Of a stretch of DNA of 34,767 nt, positions 1-9,899 are shown piece by piece. The translations under genes and the position numbers were made by a program. Below the pieces are notes generated by a model. It searched no databases, had not been told where the DNA came from, and worked only from the letters and a program-made list of their open reading frames with translations. How positions within the stretch are numbered: the stretch's first letter is position 1; each line of letters begins with the position of its first letter. The stretch lies in the NCBI GenBank assembly GCA_027068615.1, contig JAMOQV010000049.1:1-34767 (forward strand). The letters run 5' to 3'. The DNA is from Helicobacteraceae bacterium (GTDB taxonomy: Bacteria; Campylobacterota; Campylobacteria; Campylobacterales; Sulfurimonadaceae).

Positions 1-100
1 CATTTGAACAAGCATAAAGTTTAACTTTTTTACCATTTATCTCTTTATCACGAACCTCTATACTACCATCTTCACAATAAGGACATTTACCTAAAATCAT
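1..100 (-). CDS. 5' part of a small zinc-ribbon-like hypothetical protein (resembles topoisomerase C-terminal repeat), truncated by the window edge
   Basis: Manual translation from ATG at 100: MILGKCPYCEDGSIEVRDKEINGKKVKLYACSN...; GGAG SD just upstream; CPxC...YACSN motif. Not in the ORF track. Confidence 0.65.
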   Translation of the reverse strand, partial: MILGKCPYCEDGSIEVRDKEINGKKVKLYACSN

Positions 101-196
101 TATAAACTCCAAATAATTTTAGATATAATAATAAAAATATGTTTTAAATATTTATTTTATTGCATATTGTCATAAAATCAACAAAATAGAAAAAAT

Positions 197-1453
197 ATGA
201 AAACAAACTACGAAGAAAAATTTAACAACTCCATAAAAAATACACTTTTTAACAACCTATCAAAAGATGAACAAGATTTTATAAAAGAAAAGTCTTTTGA
301 ACTAAGATTTTCACATCAAGAGATAAAACAGATTATAGATATGGCTAGAGACTTAGAGATGTGGGATGAGAAAAGCATCATAGATATTTTTCCAGAACAT
401 ACTCAAAAAAAAGTTGTTTTTGCTAGACTGAAAAAAGCTTATGATGAGATTCGCACTAAACCAAACTCATACAAAGAGTTTAAACTAAAAAATATACCTC
501 AAGAACAAAAGTTTAACTTTAAAACCCAAAATAAAGATGGATTTGGCTTAGGACTTTGCCCTGTTGCATCTGAAAAAACAAGATGTTGTAATCTTCTTAC
601 ACTTGATGCTGTTGAGAGTTGTGGGTTTGACTGTTCTTACTGCTCAATTCAGAGTTTTTATAATCAAAACACTATAACTTTTGATAGTGGCTTTGCAGAT
701 AAGTTAAAAAACCTAAATCTAGATAAAAATAAAACTTATCATATAGGAACTGGTCAAGCATCTGATTCACTTATGTTTGGTAATCGTGAGGGTGTATTAG
801 AAGCACTTTTTGAGTTTGCAAGAGAAAATCCAAATGTGATACTAGAGTTTAAAACCAAATCAGACAACATAAAGTATCTACTTGAAAATGATGTTCCTAA
901 AAATATACTTTGTACTTGGTCGCTAAACACACCAACTATCATAAAAAATGAAGAACACTTAAGTGCTTCACTTGAAAAAAGACTAAACTCTGCTAGAAAA
1001 ATAGCAGATAAAGGTGTAAAAGTTGGTTTTCATTTTCACCCTATCGTTGAGTATGAAAACTACTTAGATGAGTATAAAAAGGTTTATGAAAAAGTTTTAG
1101 ATATGTTTGATGCTAGTGAGGTTGCACTTGTTAGTTTTGGTACTTTAACATTTATAAAACCAGTTATAAAACAGCTTCGTTCAAGAGAGTTTAGAAGTAA
1201 AATAACTCAGATGCCATTTGTTGATGCGAGTGGAAAAAGCTCTTATCCAGATAATATAAAAGAAGAGATGTTTAAACATGCTTATGAGTCTTTTAAACCT
1301 TGGCATAACAAAGGTGTATTTTTCTATCTTTGTATGGAGGAGCATCATATGTGGATGAAAACTTTTGGGTTTCAATACTCCACAAATAATGATTTTGAAA
1401 GGGGTATGCTTAGTTCATATTGTAAAAAGTTAGGATTAGATTTTCTAATCTAA
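197..1453 (+). CDS. Spore photoproduct lyase (SplB)-like radical SAM protein
   Basis: CxxxCxxC motif (CGFDCSYC), plus LEFKTKS, WSLN and GFHFHPI motifs typical of SPL-like proteins; N-terminal extension of about 115 aa. Confidence 0.75.
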   Translation: MKTNYEEKFNNSIKNTLFNNLSKDEQDFIKEKSFELRFSHQEIKQIIDMARDLEMWDEKSIIDIFPEHTQKKVVFARLKKAYDEIRTKPNSYKEFKLKNIPQEQKFNFKTQNKDGFGLGLCPVASEKTRCCNLLTLDAVESCGFDCSYCSIQSFYNQNTITFDSGFADKLKNLNLDKNKTYHIGTGQASDSLMFGNREGVLEALFEFARENPNVILEFKTKSDNIKYLLENDVPKNILCTWSLNTPTIIKNEEHLSASLEKRLNSARKIADKGVKVGFHFHPIVEYENYLDEYKKVYEKVLDMFDASEVALVSFGTLTFIKPVIKQLRSREFRSKITQMPFVDASGKSSYPDNIKEEMFKHAYESFKPWHNKGVFFYLCMEEHHMWMKTFGFQYSTNNDFERGMLSSYCKKLGLDFLI

Positions 1454-2754
1454 CTTTTAAACTTTACAAGTACCATCCCTGCAAATTTGTTTGAACCTTT
1501 TGTGTAGTATTCTACCCTATAAATACAACCTTTTTTATCTATAGAAAATCTTTTTGGCATTTTTGATTTTGAAATCTTTATATTTGTTTCTTTTTTAGAT
1601 TTGTTTGAAAAACCTATAACATTTACTCTATAATCTTTAGTATCTTTTACTAAAAAATTATCTTTAACTTCTAAGATAGTTCCAAATGGTACTGTTTTTT
1701 CTTCAGAATCCACAACAAAACTAACATTTGTATTTTTAGTATCATGGTCTTTATATTGTGCTTTTAGCTGAGTAAGCTTTCTATTACCATACTGTATGAC
1801 ATAACAGTTATTTTTTTTATAAATAGTTACCAATGGATTATTTGCTTTAAATGTAACTAAATTATCTTTTTTTAATGGTATATATTTTAATGTATGTCTT
1901 AATTTTTGTAATGGCAATACTATCTTTCCATTGTATAAAGATATAGATATACCATTATTTAAGACATTGTAAACACCCATAGGAGTAAGTTCAAAATCTC
2001 TTTCATACTTTATACCCATAATATCCATATATTTTTCAAGTGCTAAAAGATGATAATAAACTCTTTTATGTGTTGGTAAATCTTTAGTAGCCTCATTACC
2101 AAATGCAGCTTTTCCATGATTTATAGCATAATATGTAAGAGACTTTGCCATCTCTTTATCACCCTCTCTAGTTCTTGTATTGTGTTGATGATATCTATCT
2201 TTTTCTGCTAAAAGATGATTATTTACATGTTTTACAACTTTAGAAGATATTTCTGCTAAATTAGAATATCTTTTTATATCTATACTCTCTTGGTCTATCA
2301 CAGAACATTGTCCCCATTTATAAGGTGAATGGTCTTTATCTATATATTTTTTTCTATAATATCCACTTCCATCATGAAGATTAACAACTAAAGCAACTTT
2401 ATCATTTGTTATAAGCTTTTTAATCCTCATAACAGTACCATATTCTGGGTCTTTTTTAGATAGATATGCAAACTTTCTATTCATATCCCCATAAGGTCCA
2501 CGGTTTCTTTTTATAATACTATAAAAATTTAGATTTGGAACTATCCATACTGAGCCATCTAAGATTTTATAATGAGTAGCAAGAACTGAAGCTGACATAA
2601 ACCCACCTGGTTCATCACCTTGAATACCACCAACAACTAACATAGTGTTATTGTTTTCTTTACCTTTTTTTATCACTTCAAAATCAAAACCATTATTTGC
2701 ACTTAATGATGAAGCTAAAAAAAGTATAATTATATATCTATATAACTTCAACAT
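1450..2754 (-). CDS. M99-family peptidoglycan DL-carboxypeptidase (Csd4/Pgp1-like); start uncertain (2754, 2766 or 2778)
   Basis: GGIQGDEPGG, DMNRKF, NLHDGSG and AFGNEA motifs; signal peptide after MLKLYRY. Confidence 0.85.
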   Translation of the reverse strand: MLKLYRYIIILFLASSLSANNGFDFEVIKKGKENNNTMLVVGGIQGDEPGGFMSASVLATHYKILDGSVWIVPNLNFYSIIKRNRGPYGDMNRKFAYLSKKDPEYGTVMRIKKLITNDKVALVVNLHDGSGYYRKKYIDKDHSPYKWGQCSVIDQESIDIKRYSNLAEISSKVVKHVNNHLLAEKDRYHQHNTRTREGDKEMAKSLTYYAINHGKAAFGNEATKDLPTHKRVYYHLLALEKYMDIMGIKYERDFELTPMGVYNVLNNGISISLYNGKIVLPLQKLRHTLKYIPLKKDNLVTFKANNPLVTIYKKNNCYVIQYGNRKLTQLKAQYKDHDTKNTNVSFVVDSEEKTVPFGTILEVKDNFLVKDTKDYRVNVIGFSNKSKKETNIKISKSKMPKRFSIDKKGCIYRVEYYTKGSNKFAGMVLVKFKS

Positions 2755-3475
2755 GCCAAGGTTCATACCGTACTCCATCTTTATTGTTTTTATGATAACG
2801 CATCCCTATATAGTTCAACTTAGTCATCTCCTTAAATTCTTCTGTTGTAGCAAATTTTGCTGTAAAATTTAGATATCCAAACCCTTTAACACCAACATCA
2901 AAATCACTTATAGTATGATACGAATAAGCTGGTGGAGCTATGGAAAATGAGGCTTGAGTTATATTTCCATGAGTTCTATATATCTTGTTTACATATAAAC
3001 TCATCTGTTTTATAACATTTCTAACACCTGATGTTAATGTTAAAGTATCTCCAATATCTCTTTTTAATCTATGATAATCAGATAATGTTTTACCTTTAAA
3101 CAAAAAATGACCCGTATGTGGAATTTTTACTACATCTTTTGTTAAAACTCTATTATCAATGTTATAGCAAGTTTGAGAACCATAAAAACCATACTTGGCA
3201 GGTTTTTCATAAAACAACCTATCCATCATAGCTAATTCATCTTTTGTAAATGCACCGATAGATGAATAGTTTCTACCATAATGTAAAGCTTGTTGATAAG
3301 ATATAATGTTAAAGTTTGCATACCCAACATATCTCTTTAGTCTTTTTAATCGTCGATTTAAACTAACTAAAGTCGCCCACTTTTTTTTTGAGAGGATAAC
3401 ATCATTACCAAAAAGCAACTCATTTGCCAATAAAGGTGCAGAAGCACCAAATAATAAAAAATCTCTTCTTTTCAT
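2738..3475 (-). CDS. M15-family (VanY-like) D-alanyl-D-alanine carboxypeptidase with twin-arginine signal
   Basis: MKRRDFL Tat-like motif; TSGVR, APPAYSYH, DFD and EPWH zinc-peptidase motifs. Confidence 0.8.
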   Translation of the reverse strand: MKRRDFLLFGASAPLLANELLFGNDVILSKKKWATLVSLNRRLKRLKRYVGYANFNIISYQQALHYGRNYSSIGAFTKDELAMMDRLFYEKPAKYGFYGSQTCYNIDNRVLTKDVVKIPHTGHFLFKGKTLSDYHRLKRDIGDTLTLTSGVRNVIKQMSLYVNKIYRTHGNITQASFSIAPPAYSYHTISDFDVGVKGFGYLNFTAKFATTEEFKEMTKLNYIGMRYHKNNKDGVRYEPWHVEVI

Positions 3476-3482
3476 AAAGACA

Positions 3483-3491
3483 ATTATAGCA
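3483..3491 (-). promoter_or_regulatory. Extended -10 promoter (TGcTATAAT), likely producing a leaderless mRNA
   Basis: TGCTATAAT ends 7 nt before the ATG at 3475; no SD in between. Confidence 0.6.
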
Positions 3492-3534
3492 AATTATTTT
3501 AGTTATAATGTTATAAAAAGACGGAGAAACCAAA

Positions 3535-4380
3535 ATGAAAATAAACCAACACTTAGAACTCGGTGTATTAAATACACTTAGAGTAGATAGAGATACACCC
3601 CATGGTGTATTTTTAATGGCAGAAGATGAAAAAGATGTACTTCTTCCAAAAGCTTATGTAACAGATGATATGATAGAAGACTCTTTAGTAGAAGTATTTT
3701 TATATACAGACTCAGAAGATAGACTTGTAGCTACTACACTAACACCAAAAGCGATGTTAGATGAGTTTGCACTTTTTGAAGTTATAGATGTTGCACCATT
3801 TGGAGCATTTGTTGAGTGGGGTTTGAGTAAAGATTTACTTGTTCCAAATATGCTTCAAAAACAACCATTTAAGATAGGTGAAAAAAGATTTTTAAAAGTC
3901 ATCTATGATGAAAGAACTCACCGTTTGGTTGGTAGTGAAAAACTAGGCGATTTTTTTCAAAGAAAAGTAAAAGATTTATCTCCTCAACAAGAGGTAAAGA
4001 TACTTATCATAGCTAAAACACCACTAGGTTATAAATGTATAGTTGAAGATAAGTATGAGGGTTTAATCTACCATAATGAGATTTTTGAAAATATCACCAT
4101 AGGTGAAAGTAAAAAAGCTTATATTAAAACCATAAGAAAAGATGGTAATATCGACTTAAGTTTAAGAAAAGCTGGAAGTAAGAAAAATGGCGATTTAGCA
4201 TCCAACATACTAGAGCTTTTAAAACAAAACAATGGGATTATGCCTTACAACTACAAAAGTGATGCAGAACTTATAAAAAATACTTTTAGTATGAGTAAAA
4301 AAGAGTTTAAAAGAAATCTTACAAAACTTCAAGATGAGGGTAAGATAGAGGTAAAAGATACTGGAATATACTTAAAATAA
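3535..4380 (+). CDS. CvfB-family S1 RNA-binding protein
   Basis: Repeated S1-like segments (VFLYTDSEDRLVAT, GAFVEWGL, DGNIDLS) and C-terminal winged-helix MSKKEFKR; GGAG SD. Confidence 0.85.
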   Translation: MKINQHLELGVLNTLRVDRDTPHGVFLMAEDEKDVLLPKAYVTDDMIEDSLVEVFLYTDSEDRLVATTLTPKAMLDEFALFEVIDVAPFGAFVEWGLSKDLLVPNMLQKQPFKIGEKRFLKVIYDERTHRLVGSEKLGDFFQRKVKDLSPQQEVKILIIAKTPLGYKCIVEDKYEGLIYHNEIFENITIGESKKAYIKTIRKDGNIDLSLRKAGSKKNGDLASNILELLKQNNGIMPYNYKSDAELIKNTFSMSKKEFKRNLTKLQDEGKIEVKDTGIYLK

Positions 4381-4589
4381 TGGCTAAAAAAAAGAAAAAT
4401 ATAGAGTTGTCATCTAAAAATATAACCTATCAGATAGATAAACAAAACTATAAAGTTATCCGTTTTATACCATCTACTATGTGTGTAGATATATTGGTAA
4501 CTAATGAGGGGATGCTAAAAGAGGGATTACTAAATATCCCTTTTGCACATCTTCCTAAAAATATCAAAAAAATTGTTAAACCAAATTAA
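4380..4589 (+). CDS. Small basic hypothetical protein
   Basis: 69 aa ORF whose start overlaps the upstream stop (TAATG). Confidence 0.6.
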   Translation: MAKKKKNIELSSKNITYQIDKQNYKVIRFIPSTMCVDILVTNEGMLKEGLLNIPFAHLPKNIKKIVKPN

Positions 4590-4630
4590 CTCTTTTTAGA
4601 TAAAATATTTCAAAACAATAGGGGTAAATT

Positions 4631-4930
4631 ATGGATATAAAAAAATGCAACTCACTACAAGAGGTAAGACAAGAGGTAGATAAAATAGATGCTAAACTTA
4701 TAGACTTAATCTCTACAAGGTCTCATTATATCCGTCAAGCAGCAATGTTTAAAGAATCTGTTGAAGAGGTTAAAACACCTCAGAGGATAGATGAGATATT
4801 AACTCGTGTTCGCCATCGTGCCATAGAGTTAGGAGTATCACCAAATATGATATCTGAACTTTTTGAAATTATGATAGATGAGATGGTTGAAACAGAGATA
4901 GCAGAACTTAAAAATAGAAATAAATTCTAA
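4631..4930 (+). CDS. Monofunctional chorismate mutase (AroQ/PchB-like)
   Basis: SLQEVRQEVDKIDAKLIDLISTR...AAMFK...PQR AroQ pattern; GGGG SD. Confidence 0.85.
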   Translation: MDIKKCNSLQEVRQEVDKIDAKLIDLISTRSHYIRQAAMFKESVEEVKTPQRIDEILTRVRHRAIELGVSPNMISELFEIMIDEMVETEIAELKNRNKF

Positions 4931-5844
4931 TGCTAAAATATCTCTTTTTTATAATTGTAACATTTATAAATCTTTTTGCTTTTGATGCTTTTATATCATC
5001 AGATAAACTAAAAGGTTTATTGAAAAATGATAATATCGTACTTTTAGATATATCTAAAAAATCCATATACAATGCTGGGCATATATCTGGTGCAATAAAT
5101 GTTGACATATCTAACTTTATATCAAAACCTATAAATACAAATCCAGAAGATGCACAAAACAAAGAGTTTAAAAACAAGCTAGATATAGCTTCTGATTTTA
5201 CTATAGAAAAAGAGTTAAGAAGTTTAGGTATAAATAACAACTCTAAAGTTATCATTTATGACCATAATACAGATGATGGTTTATCAAATTCTGCATATAT
5301 GGCTTTTATACTTATATATAGTGGAATAAATGATATATCTATACTAGATGGTGGATATATGTCTTGGGTCTTTCAAAACCAGATATTGGTATCTGTAAAA
5401 TCTCCAAATGTAAATGATGGAGATATAACAATAAAACCAAACAAAAATCTAATAGTAGATAGTTCATATATAAAAACAAATATATCAGATATAAAACTAC
5501 TAGATGCTAGATCTTATCAAAAATACTTTGGTATATCAAAATCAAAATGTATAACAAAATATGGTCATATAAAAAAAGCATCAAATAGTTTTTATAAAGA
5601 TAAGTTTTATAAAGATTATACCCTAAGAAAGCAGGAAGATTTAGATGATATATATCTAAATGGACACAATCTACAAAAATATAAAACTATTGTAGTATAT
5701 GCAGACAATATGATAGAAGCTTCTATCGAATGGTATATAATATATCAAGAAATGGGCTTTAAAAATGCAAAAATTTATAAAAATTCACTTTATGAATGGG
5801 TTGAGAAAGAAGGTTATCCACTTAAAAGATTTAAGTGGGAATAA
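4930..5844 (+). CDS. Exported tandem-rhodanese (sulfurtransferase-like) protein lacking the catalytic Cys
   Basis: GHISGA, ILDGG, LLDARS, GHI and SLYEW rhodanese motifs; signal peptide; active-site positions read IIYD and VVYA. Confidence 0.8.
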   Translation: MLKYLFFIIVTFINLFAFDAFISSDKLKGLLKNDNIVLLDISKKSIYNAGHISGAINVDISNFISKPINTNPEDAQNKEFKNKLDIASDFTIEKELRSLGINNNSKVIIYDHNTDDGLSNSAYMAFILIYSGINDISILDGGYMSWVFQNQILVSVKSPNVNDGDITIKPNKNLIVDSSYIKTNISDIKLLDARSYQKYFGISKSKCITKYGHIKKASNSFYKDKFYKDYTLRKQEDLDDIYLNGHNLQKYKTIVVYADNMIEASIEWYIIYQEMGFKNAKIYKNSLYEWVEKEGYPLKRFKWE

Positions 5845-5906
5845 CCTTATATGCCTTTAAACCTGAGAATGTAAATAATTGGATATTCTATTGTCGAATT
5901 CAGATT

Positions 5907-6428
5907 TTAAGCTTTTTTTCTCTCTTTTAACATTTTTTTATACTCTTTTTCAAACTTTTTTCTACGACTATATGAAAGCTTATCTATAAAAAGGATGCCA
6001 TTTAGATGGTCTATCTCGTGTTGAATAGCTATACTTAAAAGTCCATCAGCATCAAGAGTATGTTCTTTACCATCTCTATCTTGATACTTTAATTTTATCT
6101 TTTCATATCTTTTTATATCTTCATAAAACTTTGGAACACTTAAACAACCCTCTTGATAAGTAGTCTCACCACTTTGTTCCAATATAACAGGATTTATAAT
6201 CTCTAATAAATCTTCTTTATGCTGTTTATCATTTTCATCTGGAAGATTTATAAGTAATACCTGTTTTGCGTGTGCAACTTGTATAGCAGCTAAGCCTATA
6301 CCGTTAGAATCTATCATAATATCATACATAGAATCTAACAGATCATAAAGCTTATCATCAAATACACTAACTTCAACAGATTTTTCTTTTAATCTTCTAT
6401 CAGGATATTCTACTATATTTAACTTCAT
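5907..6428 (-). CDS. def: Peptide deformylase
   Basis: GIGLAA, EGCLS and QHEIDH motifs. Confidence 0.97.
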   Translation of the reverse strand: MKLNIVEYPDRRLKEKSVEVSVFDDKLYDLLDSMYDIMIDSNGIGLAAIQVAHAKQVLLINLPDENDKQHKEDLLEIINPVILEQSGETTYQEGCLSVPKFYEDIKRYEKIKLKYQDRDGKEHTLDADGLLSIAIQHEIDHLNGILFIDKLSYSRRKKFEKEYKKMLKERKKA

Positions 6429-6438
6429 AATTTATACC

Positions 6439-7485
6439 TTAATTATCTTTCACAGCTACAGCATAGTCTATATTTTTCTGTCTTGATGCCATCTCTATAC
6501 CATCTAGTGCATTAACTATAATTTCATCAGGAGAAGCATAACCATCAATATCTGCTATACCTATTGAAATTTTTAACTTTATCTCTTTATCTGCTAAAAA
6601 GAGGTTAGAATTAGAAACTAAATCTATAAGTCTTTCAGAAGCTTTTTTAGCACTCTCTAAATCAGTATGTTTTAAAAGCATAGCAAATACACCACGACCA
6701 TAATGAGCAACAATATCACTTCTTCTAGAAGTTTTTAAAAGAAGCCTTGCTATAGTTTTTGTCATAAGCATAGTTATTTTATCACTTTTAACTTCAAGTA
6801 TCAACTCTCTAGATAGTTCAATCATAAGCAATGAACTACTATATTTAAACTCCTTGACACTCTCTATCTCTTTTGTGATTTTTTCTAAAAGATATCTTTT
6901 GTTATAAACACCGTATTTATTATCAAATATAGTTTCACCTTCTACTTTTTTAAATACTTTAGCAGTATTTTCATAGTAAGTTTTTATCTGCGAACTTTGT
7001 TTTTTGAAAATTTTATTTAGTTTATCAACATCATTACCTAAAGCTTTTGCTATCCTAAGTGCTGTTTGAGAATCACTTTTTGTCATAAGCTCTTTTTTTC
7101 TTTTTTCAAGAATTTTACTCATTAAACTCATATTTTTAAAAAGTGTTGCTGTTACATCTAAAATATTTTTCATAGAGTTAAAGCCCTCTTTTAGGCTTTG
7201 TTCTAATACAACAGCATTCTCATCATCATTATCATCTTCAAGTTCTAGTATAGAATGTACCTGTTTTCTTAAGTTTTCACTCTTATCTTCTAAAAGTTTG
7301 TCAAAATAAACTGCAAAGTTATTTGGTGTTGGTGGTAAATTATCTGTAATAAGGGTATTTAAAACCTCTTGAGAATATATCTCTATATCGTTTGCAGGTT
7401 CATTCATATCTAAAACATTTGTACCTTTTGAAACTTTGCTCTTAGATATTTCCTTACGTTTCTTCCTTCTTGCATCCACCATCAC
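6439..7485 (-). CDS. Degenerate GGDEF-domain protein
   Basis: GVYNKRY, RRSDIVAHYGRGVFAMLL and ISIGIA fit the GGDEF fold, but the GG(D/E)EF motif is absent. Confidence 0.8.
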   Translation of the reverse strand: MMVDARRKKRKEISKSKVSKGTNVLDMNEPANDIEIYSQEVLNTLITDNLPPTPNNFAVYFDKLLEDKSENLRKQVHSILELEDDNDDENAVVLEQSLKEGFNSMKNILDVTATLFKNMSLMSKILEKRKKELMTKSDSQTALRIAKALGNDVDKLNKIFKKQSSQIKTYYENTAKVFKKVEGETIFDNKYGVYNKRYLLEKITKEIESVKEFKYSSSLLMIELSRELILEVKSDKITMLMTKTIARLLLKTSRRSDIVAHYGRGVFAMLLKHTDLESAKKASERLIDLVSNSNLFLADKEIKLKISIGIADIDGYASPDEIIVNALDGIEMASRQKNIDYAVAVKDN

Positions 7486-7491
7486 TTGTCC

Positions 7492-8082
7492 TTAGTCAAT
7501 TTCACTTTTAACCAAAATCTCATCAATTAAACCATACTCAACACACTCTTTTGCACTCATAAAGTTATCTCTATCTGTGTCTTTTTCTATCTTTTTAACA
7601 CTCTGACCAGTATTTGCAGCTAAGATAGAATTTAACTCTTTTTTCATACGAAGAATCTCTTCTGCTTGTATAGCTATATCACTTGCTTGACCTTGAGCTC
7701 CACCTAGAGGTTGATGTATCATAACTCTAGCATGTGGAAGACAATATCTCTTACCTTTTTCACCACTTGAAAGTAAAAAAGCACCCATAGAAGCAGCTTG
7801 ACCTATACATATAGTAGCAACCTTAGGACGGATATAGTTCATAGTGTCAAAGATAGCCATACCAGCTGTTACAACTCCACCTGGAGAATTTATATAAAAA
7901 TATATATCTTTTTCAGGGTCTTCAGCTTCAAGAAATAAAAATTGTGCAACTATAGTTGAAGCAACTTGGTCATTTACTTCTCCACTTAGCATTACAATTC
8001 TATCTTTTAACAGGCGAGAGTAGATATCATAAGACCTCTCTCCTCTACCTGTTTTTTCAACTACATAAGGGATATAGCTCAT
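7492..8082 (-). CDS. clpP: ATP-dependent Clp protease proteolytic subunit
   Basis: [19 protein letters not shown] and DRDNFM motifs. Confidence 0.98.
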   Translation of the reverse strand: MSYIPYVVEKTGRGERSYDIYSRLLKDRIVMLSGEVNDQVASTIVAQFLFLEAEDPEKDIYFYINSPGGVVTAGMAIFDTMNYIRPKVATICIGQAASMGAFLLSSGEKGKRYCLPHARVMIHQPLGGAQGQASDIAIQAEEILRMKKELNSILAANTGQSVKKIEKDTDRDNFMSAKECVEYGLIDEILVKSEID

Positions 8083-8085
8083 TTA

Positions 8086-9384
8086 CTATGCCTCTTTAAT
8101 TTTTGAGTTTAAAAGAGAAGAAAGAACTTTATCTTCTACCATTGACATTTGAATTGCTGGTAAATAACCTGCTTCTTTATAATGCTCATAAGCTTTCATA
8201 GGGTCTTGACCCATTTGCATAGCTTCCATATAGATAGTTTGCATAACTTCTTGCTCTTGTACTTTTACATTTTCAGCTTGAGCTAGAGTATCGATAATAA
8301 AAGTAGCTTTTACACTTTTTTGGGCATCTTCTCTGAATGTTTCACGAAGCTCTTTTAGTTTATCTGCATTTTCACGAAGCTCTTTAATCTCATCTTCACT
8401 CATAGTTGAAGCTTTTTTATTAAGTGCCATATCTATCTCTTGTTCAACAACAAATTCTGGTAAATCAAACTCAATTTCAGCAACCAAAGTTTCTAGTAAT
8501 GCTGGTTTTAACTCTTCATTGTAAAGTTTTGAAAGTTTTTCACCCTCTATTTGTGCTTTTACTTGTTTGTTAAGCTCTTCAACAGTAGCATTTTCATCTG
8601 CAAGAAGTTTTTTAGCTAATTCATCATCAATTTTAACTTCTTCTTTTACTTTTATACCATTTACTTTTACTTTAAATGTAGCTTCTTTACCAGCTAAATC
8701 TTTTGCTTGGTAATCTTCTGGGAAAGTTACTTTAACATCTAACTCATCACCTTTTTTAGCACCAATGATTTGGTCTTCAAAACCAGGGATAAACTGACCT
8801 GAACCTAGAGTTAACTCAAAGTTTTCACCTTTTCCACCATCAAAAGCTTTATCATCTATAAAACCTTCAAAGTCTATAACAGCTGTATCTCCACTTACTA
8901 AAGCTCTATCCTCTTCAACATCAACTAAAGGAGATTGAGATTCTGCTATATCTTTAAGTCTCTTTTCAACTTCTTCATCTGTAACTTCTGGTTTATCAAA
9001 ATCTTTAACCATAGATTTATAATCACCCATATCTATCTCTGGTCTCATAGCTATTTTTACAGCTACTTCAATTTTATCATCAGTTTTTTCAAATTTAGTG
9101 ATATTTGGCTCACCAATAAGTGATTCATTAGAGATATTTAACTCAGCAAGACCTTTAGATAAAACTTCTCTTAAAGCTTCAGCTTCAGCATCTTGAACAA
9201 GTTTTTCACCATAATGTTTTTTGATAATAGCTACTGGAACTTTACCTTTACGAAAACCCTGAATATTTGCAGTTTTACTTAATTCTTTAGCAATTTTGTT
9301 TAAATTTGCTTCAACTTCTGAGTTTAAAATTGTAGCTTCAATTTCAGCATTTGCACCATTGATTTTGTTTGATTTGATTTCCAT
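8086..9384 (-). CDS. tig: Trigger factor
   Basis: GFRKGKVP ribosome-binding motif; FKBP domain (FIPGFEDQ). Confidence 0.98.
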   Translation of the reverse strand: MEIKSNKINGANAEIEATILNSEVEANLNKIAKELSKTANIQGFRKGKVPVAIIKKHYGEKLVQDAEAEALREVLSKGLAELNISNESLIGEPNITKFEKTDDKIEVAVKIAMRPEIDMGDYKSMVKDFDKPEVTDEEVEKRLKDIAESQSPLVDVEEDRALVSGDTAVIDFEGFIDDKAFDGGKGENFELTLGSGQFIPGFEDQIIGAKKGDELDVKVTFPEDYQAKDLAGKEATFKVKVNGIKVKEEVKIDDELAKKLLADENATVEELNKQVKAQIEGEKLSKLYNEELKPALLETLVAEIEFDLPEFVVEQEIDMALNKKASTMSEDEIKELRENADKLKELRETFREDAQKSVKATFIIDTLAQAENVKVQEQEVMQTIYMEAMQMGQDPMKAYEHYKEAGYLPAIQMSMVEDKVLSSLLNSKIKEA

Positions 9385-9443
9385 TAGTTTCCTTTTAATT
9401 ACTTTATATTGTTTTACACAACCATTATTTTTGGCAATATTAT

Positions 9444-9899
9444 CTAATTTTTACAAAATTTCGGTTTAAAGTTTAAAAATAATATATAAACTACACCTAT
9501 ATCTATCATAACATCAGCAAAATTAAACACAGCAAAGTTAAATCCACAATGCCAATAAACCATATCAACAACACCACCATGGATAAATCTATCGTAGATA
9601 TTTGATATAGCTCCACCTAATATAAAACCAGCAGGAAGTGCATAACATATCTGTTTTAGATAAAAAACATAACCAAATACACCCATAACCATAACAATTT
9701 GGATATATTTTAACCACTCATTTAAAAATGCAAACATAGAAAATGCCACACCTTTGTTATAAACTAAGATAAAATCTATACAATCTGTATAGTATCTAAA
9801 CCCATCAACAAAAAGCATCTTTATGTTTTGATCTATGATAAAAACACCTAAAAGGCTAAAAACCAATACAACACTTAGTCGTAAATTATACTTATCCAT
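9444..9899 (-). CDS. lspA: Lipoprotein signal peptidase II
   Basis: IIDQ, NKGVAFS, SNIYDR, GVVD and FNFAD motifs. Confidence 0.95.
   Translation of the reverse strand: MDKYNLRLSVVLVFSLLGVFIIDQNIKMLFVDGFRYYTDCIDFILVYNKGVAFSMFAFLNEWLKYIQIVMVMGVFGYVFYLKQICYALPAGFILGGAISNIYDRFIHGGVVDMVYWHCGFNFAVFNFADVMIDIGVVYILFLNFKPKFCKN

Noticed and set aside
5845-5906. Imperfect inverted repeat between the rhodanese gene and def as a SECIS or ncRNA
   Set aside because: Pairing is weak and neither gene has an in-frame TGA; at most a weak terminator.
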